Origin: Rebecca billardiae RCC1528
Taxonomy: Eukaryota; Protista; Haptophyta
Direction of reading: 5' to 3'
Length of the DNA stretch: 64,000 nucleotides
Assembly: GCA_965240325.2 (NCBI GenBank)
Contig: OZ251222.1
Coordinates: 310,001-374,000, forward strand
Positions 63,795-64,000 of this stretch are shown piece by piece. Made by a program: the position numbers and the translations under genes. Below the pieces are notes generated by a model that did no database searches, had not been told where the DNA came from, and saw nothing but the letters and a program-made list of their open reading frames with translations. How positions within the stretch are numbered: position 1 is the first letter of the stretch; the number at the start of each line of letters is the position of its first letter.

Positions 63795-64000
63795 ATGGCG
63801 GACGTCGACGAGGCCGACGAGTTCACGCCTCTCACAGGCCGTGCTGACGCCCATTCACGACGAAAGCAGCGCGGCATCGGGCGGTGGGCTATCGGCACAT
63901 GCGGGGTCTTGTCCCTGACCGCCGCGCTCCTGGCCATCGTCGATCCCTGGGCCACCGTGTGGCGCGCGGGCGGCCGTGCGGTGCGGGAGGCGGTCACGCC
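63795..64000 (+). CDS. Start of a probable type II membrane protein (partial)
   Basis: MADVDEADEFTPLTGR...WAIGTCGVLSLTAALLAIVDPW, open to the end of the window. Confidence 0.55.
   Translation, partial: MADVDEADEFTPLTGRADAHSRRKQRGIGRWAIGTCGVLSLTAALLAIVDPWATVWRAGGRAVREAVT

Overview
This is a very GC-rich eukaryotic nuclear window. The compact gene spacing, short GC-rich GT-AG introns and gene content suggest a microalga, possibly a haptophyte (inference only). It holds about 24 protein-coding genes. Confident calls are a CHASE-domain hybrid histidine kinase, ZNF598/Hel2, a dual-specificity phosphatase, acetoacetyl-CoA synthetase, WDR55, TM9SF, a bestrophin, an alpha/beta hydrolase, a PH-CAMKK kinase, a Patched/Dispatched RND transporter, V-ATPase subunit A and RPL14. 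Less certain calls are a putative glycosyltransferase, a DDT/WHIM protein, an MSS51-like protein, an RRM/zinc-knuckle protein, a TBC RabGAP, a secreted Cys-repeat protein, a DUF924-TilS fusion, a divergent two-pore channel, an LRR protein and several hypotheticals. There is one tRNA-Cys(GCA) with an unusual G15-G48 pair. Many genes in the first 37 kb sit in tight head-to-head pairs. Intergenic DNA holds several non-autonomous TA-flanked TIR elements (Tc1/mariner/pogo-like), one of which is strongly CpG-depleted. A gene-free stretch at about 51.5-58.2 kb contains a perfect 456-bp tandem duplication and a 4.2-kb segment bounded by perfect 39-bp inverted repeats that carries apparent gene fragments. 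Most long ORFs in the supplied track are GC-driven shadow frames. All exon boundaries were inferred by eye and no database searches were run.
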